This document shows positions 1 through 12,220 of a stretch of 64,000 nucleotides of DNA, in pieces. The DNA comes from Octopus sinensis. Its lineage: Eukaryota. Each line of letters begins with the position of its first letter. Position 1 is the first letter of the stretch. Both the position numbers and the translations under genes were made by a program. A model generated the notes under the pieces. It had not been told where the DNA came from and searched no databases. It saw nothing but the letters and a program-made list of their open reading frames with translations. Location of the stretch: contig NC_043014.1 of assembly GCF_006345805.1 (NCBI RefSeq), positions 33,542,001 to 33,606,000 on the forward strand, in the 5' to 3' direction.

Positions 1-296
1 TCCTAATGCCAACCACTCTGAGAGTGTAGTGGGTGCTTTTACATGCCACCAGCACAAGGGCCAGTTAGGCAGTACTGGAACGGCCACGCTCAAATGATGT
101 TTTTTACGTGCTACCTGCACAGGAGCCAGCTCAATGGCACTGGCAACGACCTCACTCGAATGTTTTTTTCACGTGCCACCGGAATACTCTGAAAAATGAA
201 GTCTCCGACATACTGGAGGGTTATGGTTGAAATGTCTTTAATCATAGGTCAATCTGATCAGAGCTGACCTAGAGTTAAAGAATACCAACAACTCAC

Positions 297-442
297 CTTA
301 GAATTCTTCTTCAGATAGTAATACGTAGAGCTTATGACTAGATCTGTTTTCTTCTTCCCAAGCTCCACCAATGAATCACGTATCAACTCTTCAGCAAGCT
401 CATCTTTATCGCACAATGAGTCGATCAGGGCAAATACCAGAT
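297..442 (-). CDS. MROH1: MROH1/HEATR7A coding exon 2 (gene continues beyond the left edge)
   Basis: Acceptor tttgtgatttcag, donor gtgagt. Encodes (N)LVFALIDSLCDKDELAEELIRDSLVELGKKKTDLVISSTYYYLKKNSK, matching the human MROH1 N-terminus as I recall it (LASTLLDAITDKDPLVQEQVCSALCSLG...EYLRQHDK). Confidence 0.9.
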
Positions 443-539
443 CTGAAATCACAAACAGAGAGTATCAAGTTAGCAAAATATCGAGTTAGTAGGTGCTAAC
501 CATTACAATGTGAATGAATACCCTACAAACAACTTTTAA

Positions 540-1165
540 CCTTTTCGTTACCGTATTTATTTTGAGATGCTCTGTGTTTCTTTCAATTACTTTAAATATA
601 ACAAAGAATTTAGTAAAATAACTTAGTTATCATTAAGCTAGTAATGGAAGTGGAAGTGGAAGCACTCCGTCGGTTACAACGACGAGGGTTCCGGTTGATC
701 CGATCAATGGAACAGCCTGCTCGTGAAATTAACGTGTAAGTGGCTGAGCACTCCACAGACACGTGTACCCTTAACGTAGTTCTCGGGGATATTCAGCGTG
801 ACAGAGAGAGTGACAAGGCCGGCCCTTTGAAATACAGGTACAACAGAAACAGGAAGTAAGAGTGAGAGAAAGTTGTGGTGAAAGAGTACAGCAGGGATCA
901 CCACCATCCCTGCCGGAGCCTCGTGGAGCTTTTAGGTGTTTTCGCTCAATAAACACTCACAACGCCCGGTCTGGGAATCGAAACCGCGATCCTACAACCG
1001 CGAGTCCGCTGCCCTAACCACTGGGCCATTGCGCCTCCACTAGCTAGTGATAGGTACATAAATTGTGACAAAAGTTTGGTGGAAGATTTTAATTCAAAAT
1101 TTATGAAAACAAGACATTTGTACTCAGAGCCAGAGCCAGTTTCAGCCGGGTTGGTAATGAAAGGG
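540..1165. mobile_element. piggyBac-type MITE interrupted by a SINE
   Basis: Ends ttaa|ccttttcgttacc ... ggtaatgaaaggg|ttca. Same family is uninterrupted at 6975-7197. Confidence 0.75.
655..1040 (-). mobile_element. tRNA-headed SINE family A (tail type 1)
   Basis: Reverse complement of GGAGGCGCAATGGCCCAGTGGTTAGGGCAGCGGACTCGCGG...GTTTCGATTCCCAGACC (A and B boxes). Near-identical to 35675-36056 and 58984-59362. Confidence 0.9.
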
Positions 1166-1614
1166 TTCAGGTACTGGTACTTATATCTCTGGCTTCGTAG
1201 CATTTGAAGCAGATGAAAGCTACATGCCTGTTTTCACAGTATTATTTCATATAAACATTCCCCAACAAACTGGTAAATTATTCTCAACAGCCAGGTAAAG
1301 TAAAACCTAATATAATCATGTTTTAATCACAAATACAAAATAATACATTCAACAGATTCAAATACATGAAGCAGAAGTTATCTGATAACTTATCAGCTTG
1401 GTCATGTCACTTTCACTTCCCTTAGTCAAATAAATAGTTTAAATTTTCTTGCAATCGCTTAGTCATGAGAAAAACTGATAATAAATTCTGGAAGCATTGG
1501 TGAAAAAGAACTATTCAAACTTCCATTAATCCTGCTAAGTCTACATGTGAAAAATTTCATTCCATTTCAGCTTAGTTGACAACTTCAGACACTATCTAGT
1601 CAACAACTTCAAAG

Positions 1615-2080
1615 TGTGTCTGTCCAGTTGACATCTGCTGAATGTCTGTTCAGTTGACATCTGCAGAGTGCCTATGTCCAGTCAATACCTGCAGAGTGTG
1701 TATGTCATGTTGACATCTGCAGAGTGTGTCTGACCAGTTGAAATCTGCAGAGAGCATCAGTTCAAACAACATCTGAAGCATGCATCTGTCTAGTTGACAT
1801 GTACAGAGTGTGTCTGTCCAGTTGACATCTGCAGAGTGTGTCTGCTCAGTTGACATCTACAGAATGTGTCTGTCTGGTCAACATCTGCAGAGTGCATCAG
1901 TCCAACATGTACAGAGTGTGTCTGTCCAGTTGACATCTGTCGAGTGTGTCTATCCAGTCAACATCTACAACCTGCAATTGTGCCACTGACAATCTACAGA
2001 CTGTTAGTCCACTCCAGATCTGCAGACAGTGTCTGTCCAGTGGACATCTACAAAATGTGTTAGTCCAGATGACAATAGTT
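1615..2080. repeat. Degenerate ~28-bp tandem repeat (gtgtgtctgtccagttgacatctgcaga)
   Basis: Roughly 15 diverged units with recurring gttgac/gtcaac and tctgcaga. Confidence 0.8.
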
Positions 2081-2209
2081 ATCCTTCAGTGAGATGTCTA
2101 CAAACTATGTCACACTAGTTGACAACTGTTGTTTGCATGTATCAAGATGATATGTGGAAGGGAATATGTCTACAGTAATAATTTACAATCTGTTTGCATA
2201 TCTCCATTA

Positions 2210-2574
2210 TCTCTCTATATATAAACGGCAAAAAGTCTGTGTGCGTGTCCTTTATACAAATCCACAGTTTTTCAGTTAGAGGGCTCACACTTTCTATAGT
2301 TATTCAAAACCATCCAAGGGTGGTCGTGCACATCTTTACATTTCCCCAGTCACCCCGCAAAGCCATTAAAAAAATCAATAGAAGTGACTCTTTTGTGAAT
2401 TTTCTATCCAAAACCCAATCAAAATGCCTGAAACTTGATACGCCAATTGAATGCCAGCTAGCTGTATGTAATTTGTCGGAGATTTAGACAGTACTCGCGT
2501 GTATGTGCACATGCACGCAGCTGTATATGCATGCACTAGCACTATGACCCGGCATTGCCGGGTCATAGTGCTAG
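2210..2574 (+). mobile_element. Non-autonomous Helitron
   Basis: Inserted A|TC...CTAG|T; 5' tctctctatatataaacggc; 3' GC-rich palindrome 2535-2575. Confidence 0.8.
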
Positions 2575-3341
2575 TAAGTTATATAATTCTAGAACAAGGA
2601 ATAGATTAATCATCTGAGATAAAGAATGATAGACCTGAAGTTCACTAACTATACATATACCCTCAAGAATCTCTTAACATTATGTGGACTTTGATTTCTT
2701 GCTATCAGCTTACAGATCTGCTATTTATTGAACTTACACAAAGTTCAATATATTTAAATTCAGGAATACTTGAACTCATATTAATGATAATCATAAGTAT
2801 TTCTTTTTCTTTTTTTTTTTTGGCACATATTTTCAGCAGAATGTCAAAGTTAGTCCAGTATAATTCCTTATATTATTGGAATTTATTTGATCTACTCATT
2901 TGGTTAATTACTTTGTTAATACCTGAATGTTGAAAAGTAATGTCAACTTTGGTGGGATTTGAACTCAAAAGAATGAAATTTAGACACTGTAAGGTTCCAA
3001 GGGTCTATCCGAATAAAATAGGAATCAAAAGGGCCCATAGGTTAAAAAAATGGTTGGAAAATACTGGTGTAGCTGATTACATTGACCTCAGTGCTAGACT
3101 AGTCTTTTATTTTACCAACCCTGAGAGGATGAAAGGCAAAGTTGACCTCAACAGAAATTGAGGTCAAAACATAAGACAGATGAAACACCACTAAGTATTT
3201 CGATTGTCATGATAATGATTCTGCTAGCTCAATAAAAACTTCTACACAGTTACATGCTTTGGAGAGAATTAATCATATTTAGTGTCTGCTTTCCACACTA
3301 GCATGGGTTATATAGTTTGACCGAAACTGGTAAACTGTAGG

Positions 3342-4830
3342 GCTATACCAGGTTCCAATCTGATTTGGCATGGTTTTTATGGCTGGATGCCCTTCCTAAT
3401 ACCAAAGCTGCACCAGGTTCCAATCTGATTTGGCATGAGTTCTATGGCTGGATGCCCTTCCTAACACCAAAGCTGCACCAGGTTCCAATATGATTTGGCA
3501 TGGTTCTATGGCTGGATGCCCTTCCTAACACCAAAGCTGCACCAGGTTCCAATCTGATTTGGCATGGTTCTATGGCTGGATGCCCTTCCTAACACCAAAG
3601 CTGCACCAGGTTCCAATATGATTTGGCATGAGTTCTATGGCTGGATGCCCTTCCTAACACCAAAGCTGCACCAGGTTCCAATCTGATTTGGCATGGTTCT
3701 ATGGCTGGATGCCCTTCCTAACACCAAAGCTGCACCAGGTTCCAATATGATTTGGCATGAGTTCTATGGCTGGATGCCCTTCCTAACACCAAAGCTGCAC
3801 CAGGTTCCAATATGATTTGGCATGAGTTCTATGGCTGGATGCCCTTCCTAACACCAAAGCTGCACCAGCTTCCAATCTGATTTGGCATGGTTCTATGGCT
3901 GGATGCCCTTCCTAACACCAAAGCTGCACCAGGTTCCAATCTGATTTGGCATGAGTTCTATGGCTGGATGCCCTTCTCAACACCAAAGCTGCACCAGGTT
4001 CCAATATGATTTGGCATGAGTTCTATGGCTGGATGCCCTTCCTAACACCAAAGCTTCACCAGGTTCCAATCTGATTTGGCATGGTTCTATGGCTGGATGC
4101 CCTTCCTAACACCAAAGCTGCACCAGGTTCCAATATGATTTGGCATGAGTTCTATGGCTGGATGCCCTTCCTAACACCAAAGCTGCACCAGGTTCCAATC
4201 TGATCTGGCATGGTTTTTATGGCTGGATGCCCTTCTCAACACCAAAGCTGCACCAGGTTCCAATCTGATTTGGCATGGTTTCTATGGCTGGATGCCCTTC
4301 TTAACACCAAAGCTGCACCAGGTTCCAATCTGATTTGGCATGGTTTCTATGGCTGGATGCCCTTCTTAACACCAAAGCTGCACCAGGTTCCAATCTGATT
4401 TGGCATGGTTTCTATGGCTGGATGCCCTTCTTAACACCAAAGCTGCACCAGGTTCCAATCTGATTTGGCATGAGTTCTATGGCTGGATGCCCTTCTTAAC
4501 ACCAAAGCTGCACCAGGTTCCAATCTGATTTGGCATGGTTTCTATGGCTGGATGCCCTTCTCAACACCAAAGCTGCACCAGGTTCCAATATGATTTGGCA
4601 TGGTTTCTATGGCTGGATGCCCTTCTTAACACCGAAGCTGCACCAGGTTCCAATCTGATTTGGCATGAGTTCTATGGCTGGATGCCCTTCCTAACACCAA
4701 AGCTGCACCAGGTTCCAATCTGATTTGGCATGGTTTCTATGGCTGGATGCCCTTCTTAACACCAAAGCTGCCCCAGGTTCCAATCTAATTTGGCATGGTT
4801 TCTATGGCTGGATGCCCTTCCTAACACCAA
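3342..4830. repeat. 64-65-bp minisatellite, 23 copies, expanded inside an RTE-tailed repeat
   Basis: Unit gctgcaccaggttccaat(c/a)tgatttggcatg(ag/g/gt)ttctatggctggatgcccttcctaacaccaaa. Flanks (~3290-3341, 4831-4900) continue the repeat seen unexpanded at 8515-8740 and 19985-20385. Confidence 0.95.
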
Positions 4831-5679
4831 CCACTCCAAGAGTGTAATGGGTGCTTTTTACATGCCACTGGCACAGGTGCTAGTGATGCATGTAAAAAGC
4901 ACCCATTACACCATTACACAATTTCACTTGACTTGATAGGTCTTCTCAAGCATGGCATATCACCAAAGGTTTTGGTCACTTATCATTGCCTTCATGAGGC
5001 CTAATAATCAACGTCAGTGTTATTTGAGCTCAGTACGTAAGGAGATATAATGAGGTCATGCAATGAAGTTTGTTTGCCACTTTACTAATTGTGCCATTCA
5101 GTCTTGAAAATGGCGATTTCTAAATTTGGTGCAAGGCTACAGTTTGAAGAGTGAAAGAGAAAAAGAAAGACAAACTAAGTGGGAGAGATAGGTAGAGGAG
5201 AAAGGAGAAAGAAATAAAGTAAGTCAAATAAAAAAAATCAGTAAAAGAAGGGAAAAAAACAGGAGTAGAGGGTGAAAGAGTGTGAGAGAGTGAGAGTGAT
5301 GGTAAAAGAATTGACAGATTAGTTAAAGAGAACCAATTTAAACAATTTTTGGATACAGCAGAGCATGTGTTGTTAGTCAGCTGGAAAGTTAGCCTTCTCA
5401 CTTGTAATGGCGTCTTTAAAATCTAATATTAATGGAAACAATATAAATACACAACACAAGCATACATAGGCACATGCACACATGCACACACACACATACA
5501 CACAAGGTAAGCTGTCAGAATTATTAGCACATCAGGAAAAATGTTTAGTGGCATTTCTACCAGTTGACTTTCAGAGGTTTATAAAATAAGTATCAATCAA
5601 CTACTGGGGTCAATGTAACTGGCTAGCCGTCTCCACCAAAATTTCAGGCCTTGTGCCAATAGTAGAAAGTATATATATA

Positions 5680-5900
5680 TTTCTTTACTACCCACAAGGG
5701 GCTAAACACAGAGGAAACAAACAAGGACAGACAAAGGGATTTAGTCGATTACATCGACCCCAGTGCGTAACTGGTATTTAATTTATCGACCCCGAAAGGA
5801 TGAAAGGCAAAGTCGACCTCGGCGGAATTTGAACTCAGAACGTAACGGCAGACGAAATATGGCTTCGCATTTCGCCCAGCATGCTAACGTTTCTGCCAGT
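5680..5900 (-). mobile_element. SINE family B (aaggcggcgagctggcagaa... / gtcgactttgcctttcatcctttcggggtcgataaa)
   Basis: Central motif shared with many copies, e.g. 6592, 7590, 9470, 13640, 22295-23380, 34600, 40262-41212, 56178-57060. Confidence 0.85.
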
Positions 5901-6077
5901 ATATATATATATATATCATGTGATCACGTGACAAACCAAGCCATCAGATGTTGCTACACATCGCTGGTCACAATGCGCTTCGCATTGTTTTAGCCATCAA
6001 TGACACCACCCGGCTGGCTAAGCGAGAAGGCCAACAGAAGAAAGAGTGAGAGAAAGCCGTGACGAAAGAGTACAGCA

Positions 6078-6460
6078 TTAACCTTTAGCATTCAGATTAC
6101 TCAGTCAGTTGCTATGCATATTGATTCACATCATTTTGAATTTATCCTGCATTATTTTGTAGCCTTGAGATTTCGATGATGTGATTGTTTATGTACAAAA
6201 TGACATACTAGGGTAGCTGTGAGATGCCAGATCTGGCCAGTTGGAACATTAATCCTTTAGCATTTAATCCAACCATATCCGGCTCAAATATTTTACCTGT
6301 TTTATGCAAAAACTGACCAGATCCAATCTCTTACACTTCCCTTACAATGTCATTCTAAAAATATACAAACACACCATTGAAATCTCAAAGCTACAAGATA
6401 ATACATGATTAATTCAAAATAATATGAATAAATGAGCAATACATTTGACAAAGAAATCTG
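6078..6460. mobile_element. Two oppositely oriented pieces of a TTAA-type MITE (ttaacc(c)tttagcatt...)
   Basis: Same family at ~21580-21730, 24900-25015 and 51455-51675. Confidence 0.6.
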
Positions 6461-6591
6461 AGTATGAGCAAGATGTTGCATTTCATGCTACTCCAGTCTA
6501 TTCAGAGGACCGCTGGTGTATCTATATTTCCTTCTAGCTGTCTCAGCCTCAATGTTCTTCAGGGTCAAGGCTGGGAATGTTGTGGTGTTTA

Positions 6592-6800
6592 AGGCGGCGA
6601 GCTGGCAGAAATGTTAGCATGCAGGGCGAGATGCTTAGCAGTATTTCATCTGCCGTTACATTCTGATTCAAATTCCACCGAGGTCGACTTTGCCTTTCAT
6701 CCTTTCGGGGTCGAGATAAATAAAGTACCAGTTACGCACTGGGGTCGATGTAATCGACTTAATCCCTTTGTCTGTTCTTGCTTGTCCTCTCTATGTTTAG
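6592..6800 (+). mobile_element. SINE family B
   Basis: aaggcggcgagctggcag... head; part of an inverted duplication with 9487-9822. Confidence 0.85.
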
Positions 6801-6974
6801 TGAATATTTTGGCGAGATGCAATTGATTTAAATGCTAGAAGGCTAAAAGTGGACAAGTTATCAGAGCTAAAGTGCACAAGTCTACCTCTCACTCCTAGTA
6901 ATTTTACAGATTTTTGCTTATCATCTGAAGTATTTCTATGTCCTTGAGTTCTATTGGTAGATAGTCTACATTAA

Positions 6975-7197
6975 CCCTTTCATAACCGTATTTATTTTGA
7001 GATGCTCTGTGTTTCTTTCAGTTACTTTAAATATAACAAAGAATTTAGTAAAATAACTTAGTTATCATTCAGCTAGTGTTAGGAACATAAATTGTGACTA
7101 AAGGTTTGGTGGAAGATTTTAATTCAAAACTTTATGAAAACAAGACATTTGTACTACAGAACCAGAGGCGGTTTCAGTTGGGTTGGTAACGAAAGGG
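6975..7197. mobile_element. piggyBac-type MITE
   Basis: TTAA on both sides (6971-6974, 7198-7201); TIRs ccctttcataacc / ggtaacgaaaggg. Confidence 0.8.
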
Positions 7198-8514
7198 TTA
7201 AGTTCACACATCATTTTGACAGGTACAGGTATTTTTTTGTCCAAATGGATTTCTAGCAAACCTATTCATCATGCTAGATTAGGTGCTAGATTAGTTGTAG
7301 TCAGCCTAACCATGTAACTGGGTGAACTGGATTACACACACACACACATGCCAAAGCTGACATTGGGGCATGATGCGACCCTATGGCATGTGAGATCCTG
7401 TCAAACTGTCCAGTCCATGCCAATGTTAAAACCAATGTTAAATAATGATGATGACGATGACGTTGCCTATGTACTTATAATACAGACATGCATTCATACT
7501 GATATGACACATTCCTATTTGTATATATAACAACACATGTATGCTTATATACATATTTATTGGTTTACATTCTTAGCACAAGGCCAGCTACTTCGGGAGA
7601 GAGGATAAATTGATTACATCAACCTCAGTGTTCAACTGGTACTTATTTTATCGACCCTGAACAAATGAAAGGCAAAGCTGATCTCAGCAGAATTTGAACT
7701 CAGAATGTAAAGACAGATGAAATACTGCTAAGCATTTTGCCTAGCATGCTAAAAATTTTGCCAGCTCACTATCTTTATGCTTATATAAATATTGATAAAA
7801 TACAAGTACAAATACATGCAGCTGAACACAGACAACTAAAAACATACACTCAGACACACACTAAGTATAGGATATAGGAGATTAAGACCGAAGAAAAGTG
7901 TCAGGTGGCTGGCTAAGAAACCAAGCCTTGAGCTCTAGCAACTGTTGCTGTTATTACTGGCTGATGTTGTTTTGCTCCAGGGCCAGTTGTGATCAAGCAG
8001 TCCTATAAAGAAAGCTATTCCAGCCATGATCATCTAACCTTTTATATATAGGATTACTGCATTGTCCAATATGTTTTTCCCCCTTTTAAATCAACAGATG
8101 TGATTTGAGGAAAATTTGACTGTTTTTTCTAGCTGGTTGGGTGACCATGTACAAGCTCCTTTTTTGACCCATATATCACTTATTGGCTTAGTCTCTAGCC
8201 GGTCCTGTTTGAGCAGACATATAACCATTCCCACTAATTCTTTCCTCTTAAGTTTTAACAACCTGGATTACAATATTCAACAAGTTCTTTTCAAAGTTGG
8301 TAAAGTGTGGTTTGGGCTTAAATTAAGTTGAAGTTGTTATCAGGTTGAGAGACTACATATAGCTTCCCTCATTGGATCGCTGTAACTCTTGTTATAATTG
8401 CTTATTGTAGTATGATGGTGCACAACAGAATAACATAATTATACCTAGGATCATACATGTTCTTGAGAGAGGTATGAATATCATAGCCTCCTATTTCCTT
8501 TTTCTATTCCACTA

Positions 8515-8740
8515 TCATCATCATCATCATTGTTTAACGTCCGTTTTCCATGCTAGCATGGGTTGGACGGTTCGACCAGGGTCTGGGAAGCCAGGAGGCT
8601 GCACCAGGAGGCTGCACCAGGCTCCAGTCTGATCTGGCAGTGTTTCTACAGCTGAATGCCCTTCCTAACGCCAACCATTCCGTGAGTGTAGTTGGTGCTG
8701 TTTAGGTGCCACTGGCACAGGGGCCAGAGGAGGCTGGCAA
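8515..8740 (-). mobile_element. RTE-tailed repeat (SINE or LINE 3' end) with (GAT)n tail
   Basis: (cat)n ttaacgtccgttttccatgctagcatgggttggacgg. Other copies at 1-180, 18700-18925, 19985-20385. Confidence 0.7.
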
Positions 8741-9469
8741 ACCTATATAAAAAAATGAAATGACAAAGAAATAAGCAGAAACCAGGTATGGTATTCAATG
8801 TTTTATAGGACATGTACAAGTTCCATCAAAATCCTGAACTAATTACATAAAGATGTAGAAACATTATGGGACACTGATGAGGTAAAGTGCATGATTGTAT
8901 AATGTCACTACAACTTATGTAATTACTTCAGCATTTTAATGAAACATGTGTATCTCCTATAAAGCACTGAAAACTATGCCTGCAAGCTGGCAGAACTGTT
9001 AGTATGCTGGGTAAAAAGCTTAGTGGCATTTCAGCTGTCTTGACATTCTGCATTCAAATTCTGCTGAGGCCAACATAGCCTTTCAGGGTTGACAAAATAA
9101 ATATCAGTTGAGTATCGGGGTCAGTGTAATCAACTAGCTCCATCCCTGAACTTTCTGGCTGTGTACCAAAATTTGAAACCATTATTATTTTTATTACTAT
9201 GCTTGTGTTCTGCACACAAGCCTATTCTGAGGTTGATGCCCCTGCATTGTCCTACACTGGATACTGGACTACAGAACCCACAACTAAGTTTGGTTTTCGG
9301 TTACATGCCACATTTTACAGTGCTCCTTATATATCTATACATGTGTATACAGACGCACACACATCAAACATTAACCATTAGTTACAAGCAAGTATGATCT
9401 GGTAACTTGTACTGCTCTTTTGTTAGTTATTTTAGGTATGTATGTAGTTGCTAGCAGATATATATTTCT

Positions 9470-9905
9470 TTATTGCCCACAAGGGGCTAAACATAGAGAG
9501 GACAAACAAGAACAGACAAAGGGATTAAGTCGATTACATCAACCCCAGTGCGTAACTGGTACTTTATTTATCTCGACCCCGAAAGGATGAAAGGCAAGTC
9601 GACCTCGGTGGAATTTGAACTCAGAATGTAACGGCAGATGAAATACCACTAAGCATCTCGCCCAGCATGATAACGTTTCTGCCAGCTCGCCGCCTTAAAC
9701 ACCACAACATTCTCAGCCTTGACCCTGAAGAACATCGAGGCTGAGACAGCTAGAAGGAAATACAGATACACCAGCGGTCCTCTGAATAGACTGGAGTGAC
9801 ATGAAATGCAGTATCTTGCTCAAGGACACAACCTACTGCTTGGTCCAAGAACTGAACTCACAACCTTGCACCTGACAGTCCAACACTCTAATCACAAGTC
9901 ACATG
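9470..9905 (-). mobile_element. SINE family B preceded by an old degenerate family-E SINE head
   Basis: 9470-9695 is family B. 9800-9905 reverse-complements to a decayed tRNA-like head plus gtgtccttgagcaag. Confidence 0.7.
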
Positions 9906-12168
9906 CCTTTACATACATATATGTGCACGTATGTGTGTGTGTTAATTCTGGCCACTGAGAATCTTACGATGCTGAGTTTTATGCTGAGCCCATCCTCAGA
10001 TGTAGTTAAGCAGTCTCATTTGATTGCGTTGCAACTCACTACCAGCCACTCCTGCTTGAGAAATATCTGATAAACAAGATATAATGTAGCTGGAACTGTT
10101 ATATATGTTATATACTGTAAATGTACTCTATTAAAAGTATTGAGTTCTTTTTAAAGATAAAATTAATTTAATAGAAACATTTGCTAATATTCTAAGTATA
10201 TGGAATGTTCAAAGGAGATGGACCCTACAAGCCACATTATAAGCTATCTATCTAGGAGAGTAACAACTCTGAGGATGACCTAACACAAGGTATATAGGAC
10301 CCTTATTCCTGTAAAATGGTTGTTTCCATAGCACCTAAAATGAATTGTACAAACAAGCCATGGAACCTGCAAACCACACCCAAATCTACTTGTTGAGCAA
10401 TAACTCCAAATATGAACAGAGTTGAGGGGTCGCTTTAGTATTCTTGTATGAGACAGCTACTCTAGACCAGTTTTACAGTGTTGTACATGCATTATACACA
10501 AGAAAAACTGGTGGGTTTACTCTGTTGCTGTGGGCAAACCGACAATGGACAACGAAGGGGGACGGGATGTTTTAATACAGGTCCAATTCATGTCAGCATG
10601 GGAAAACGAAAGTAAAACGATACTGAAATAATTTTTGGAGTCGAAAACGCTTACAAATTACTCCATGGTCCTGACTTACGGGCATTGTAACAATTGTAAT
10701 TACACGAAACTCAAGGATTTTGAGTTTTATTGTCGCCGACGTAGTTTAGCCGTAGGCCAGCTCTGATCGAGCTGATCAAAAGCGTTTCTAGCCATGACTA
10801 TCTTTGTAGTTTAAGGGTATATTTAGGCGAGATGGTTTACATCTAAACATTTACACTGTTGTGGTCGGCAGTTTTGTTATTGTTATTACTAAATGTAATC
10901 TTATTGATATAGAACTTCTTACAAGGTATGGAAGCTTATATATATATATATAAGGGATAGGCATAGAAAATAACAATGATCATTTATTAAAAAGCCGGGG
11001 AAGACACGGTCATGCCTTTCTTAACACAAACAACGGCAAATTAAATGAAATATTTTCATTCAGGAACTGAGCTGTTGCTATCTCGGCAGATACACGCCTC
11101 TTAAGGCTACGGTGATAGCCATTATTATAGATATTGTTTAGCGCTAAATCAACTCTGATCGCGCAAACTTACAAAGGCATTCCAGCCATGGCCATTCTTT
11201 TGTTTATTTAGTTATTTTTGAATATTTAGGGCTACATTACACAAAGTGTCATTTCATTTTAAGACGGTGGGGTATGATTAGAGGAAGCTTGGCTCACAGC
11301 TGAAACGAAAACACGGAAAGAAAAGTTCAGAATATACACACAGCGAAACAAAGGCAAACTCTCTCCCTAAATATATTTGTTACAGTATACACACACACAC
11401 ACACACACACACACGCGCATATACACAATCCACTAACAACATAAACACAACCGCAAACAACACAACTTCACTGGAATATTAGCTGTAGATTGTTTAATTA
11501 TCTGTTGTAATTAACTTCATGCATATTACTTACATATGCATGTATACAAACGTACACTCACACAAATACTGAACAAGCATACAAAATCATATACACAAAT
11601 AAATGTGTTGATTGAAAGCATCGCAACAGGCATTCATGGACTCATGTAATCAATTATTTCCGTATTTTGGTTATTTCTTTGATATTAAAAAAAAAAAGAC
11701 AAACAAAATAGAAACAATTATCCATAACCGATCTTAACTGAATATGACACAAATGATGTTTAATATTTATAACATATTCCCAACCTTGTTGTTTTGTCCT
11801 ATAAATATCTTCGATATTGTTATTGAGCTAGTCTCAGATCAACAAACAGAACTGTCAAGCGAAGGTATTTTTAAGAACCGACTGAAGCTATTAATGCGTC
11901 GTGAATCGGAAGATGCATAATCATGCACAACAGATGTCTTCCCTAAACGACCCCCACGAAAAGATCCATCAATATCCAAACAACATCTGTGGGTGATCCT
12001 CCATGAGGACGAACAGAAGCTTCCTTCTTCGAGATCGAGAACAGTTGCCCACGCAGACACATAGATTAAGAAAACTGTTTATGACCCCGCTCGCCATCAC
12101 CGCTTGTGATGCGCACTTTACGTGCACTACCCACCAGATATATGTATATATATAAACTATGTACTCAC

Positions 12169-12220
12169 TGTCAACCTGTCCGCCTGTTTCTCGTACTCCG
12201 TCCTTCTTAGATGAAGGCAT
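12169..12220 (-). CDS. MROH1: MROH1 coding exon 1 (MPSSKKDGVRETGGQVD + 1 nt)
   Basis: ATG at 12220, then donor A|gtgagtac. Phase 1 joins the 442-297 exon (A+AT=Asn). Implies an ~11.7-kb intron. Confidence 0.8.

Noticed and set aside
3342-4830. CRISPR-like array
   Set aside because: Units are contiguous with no unique spacers, there are no cas genes, and the context is eukaryotic with spliceosomal introns.
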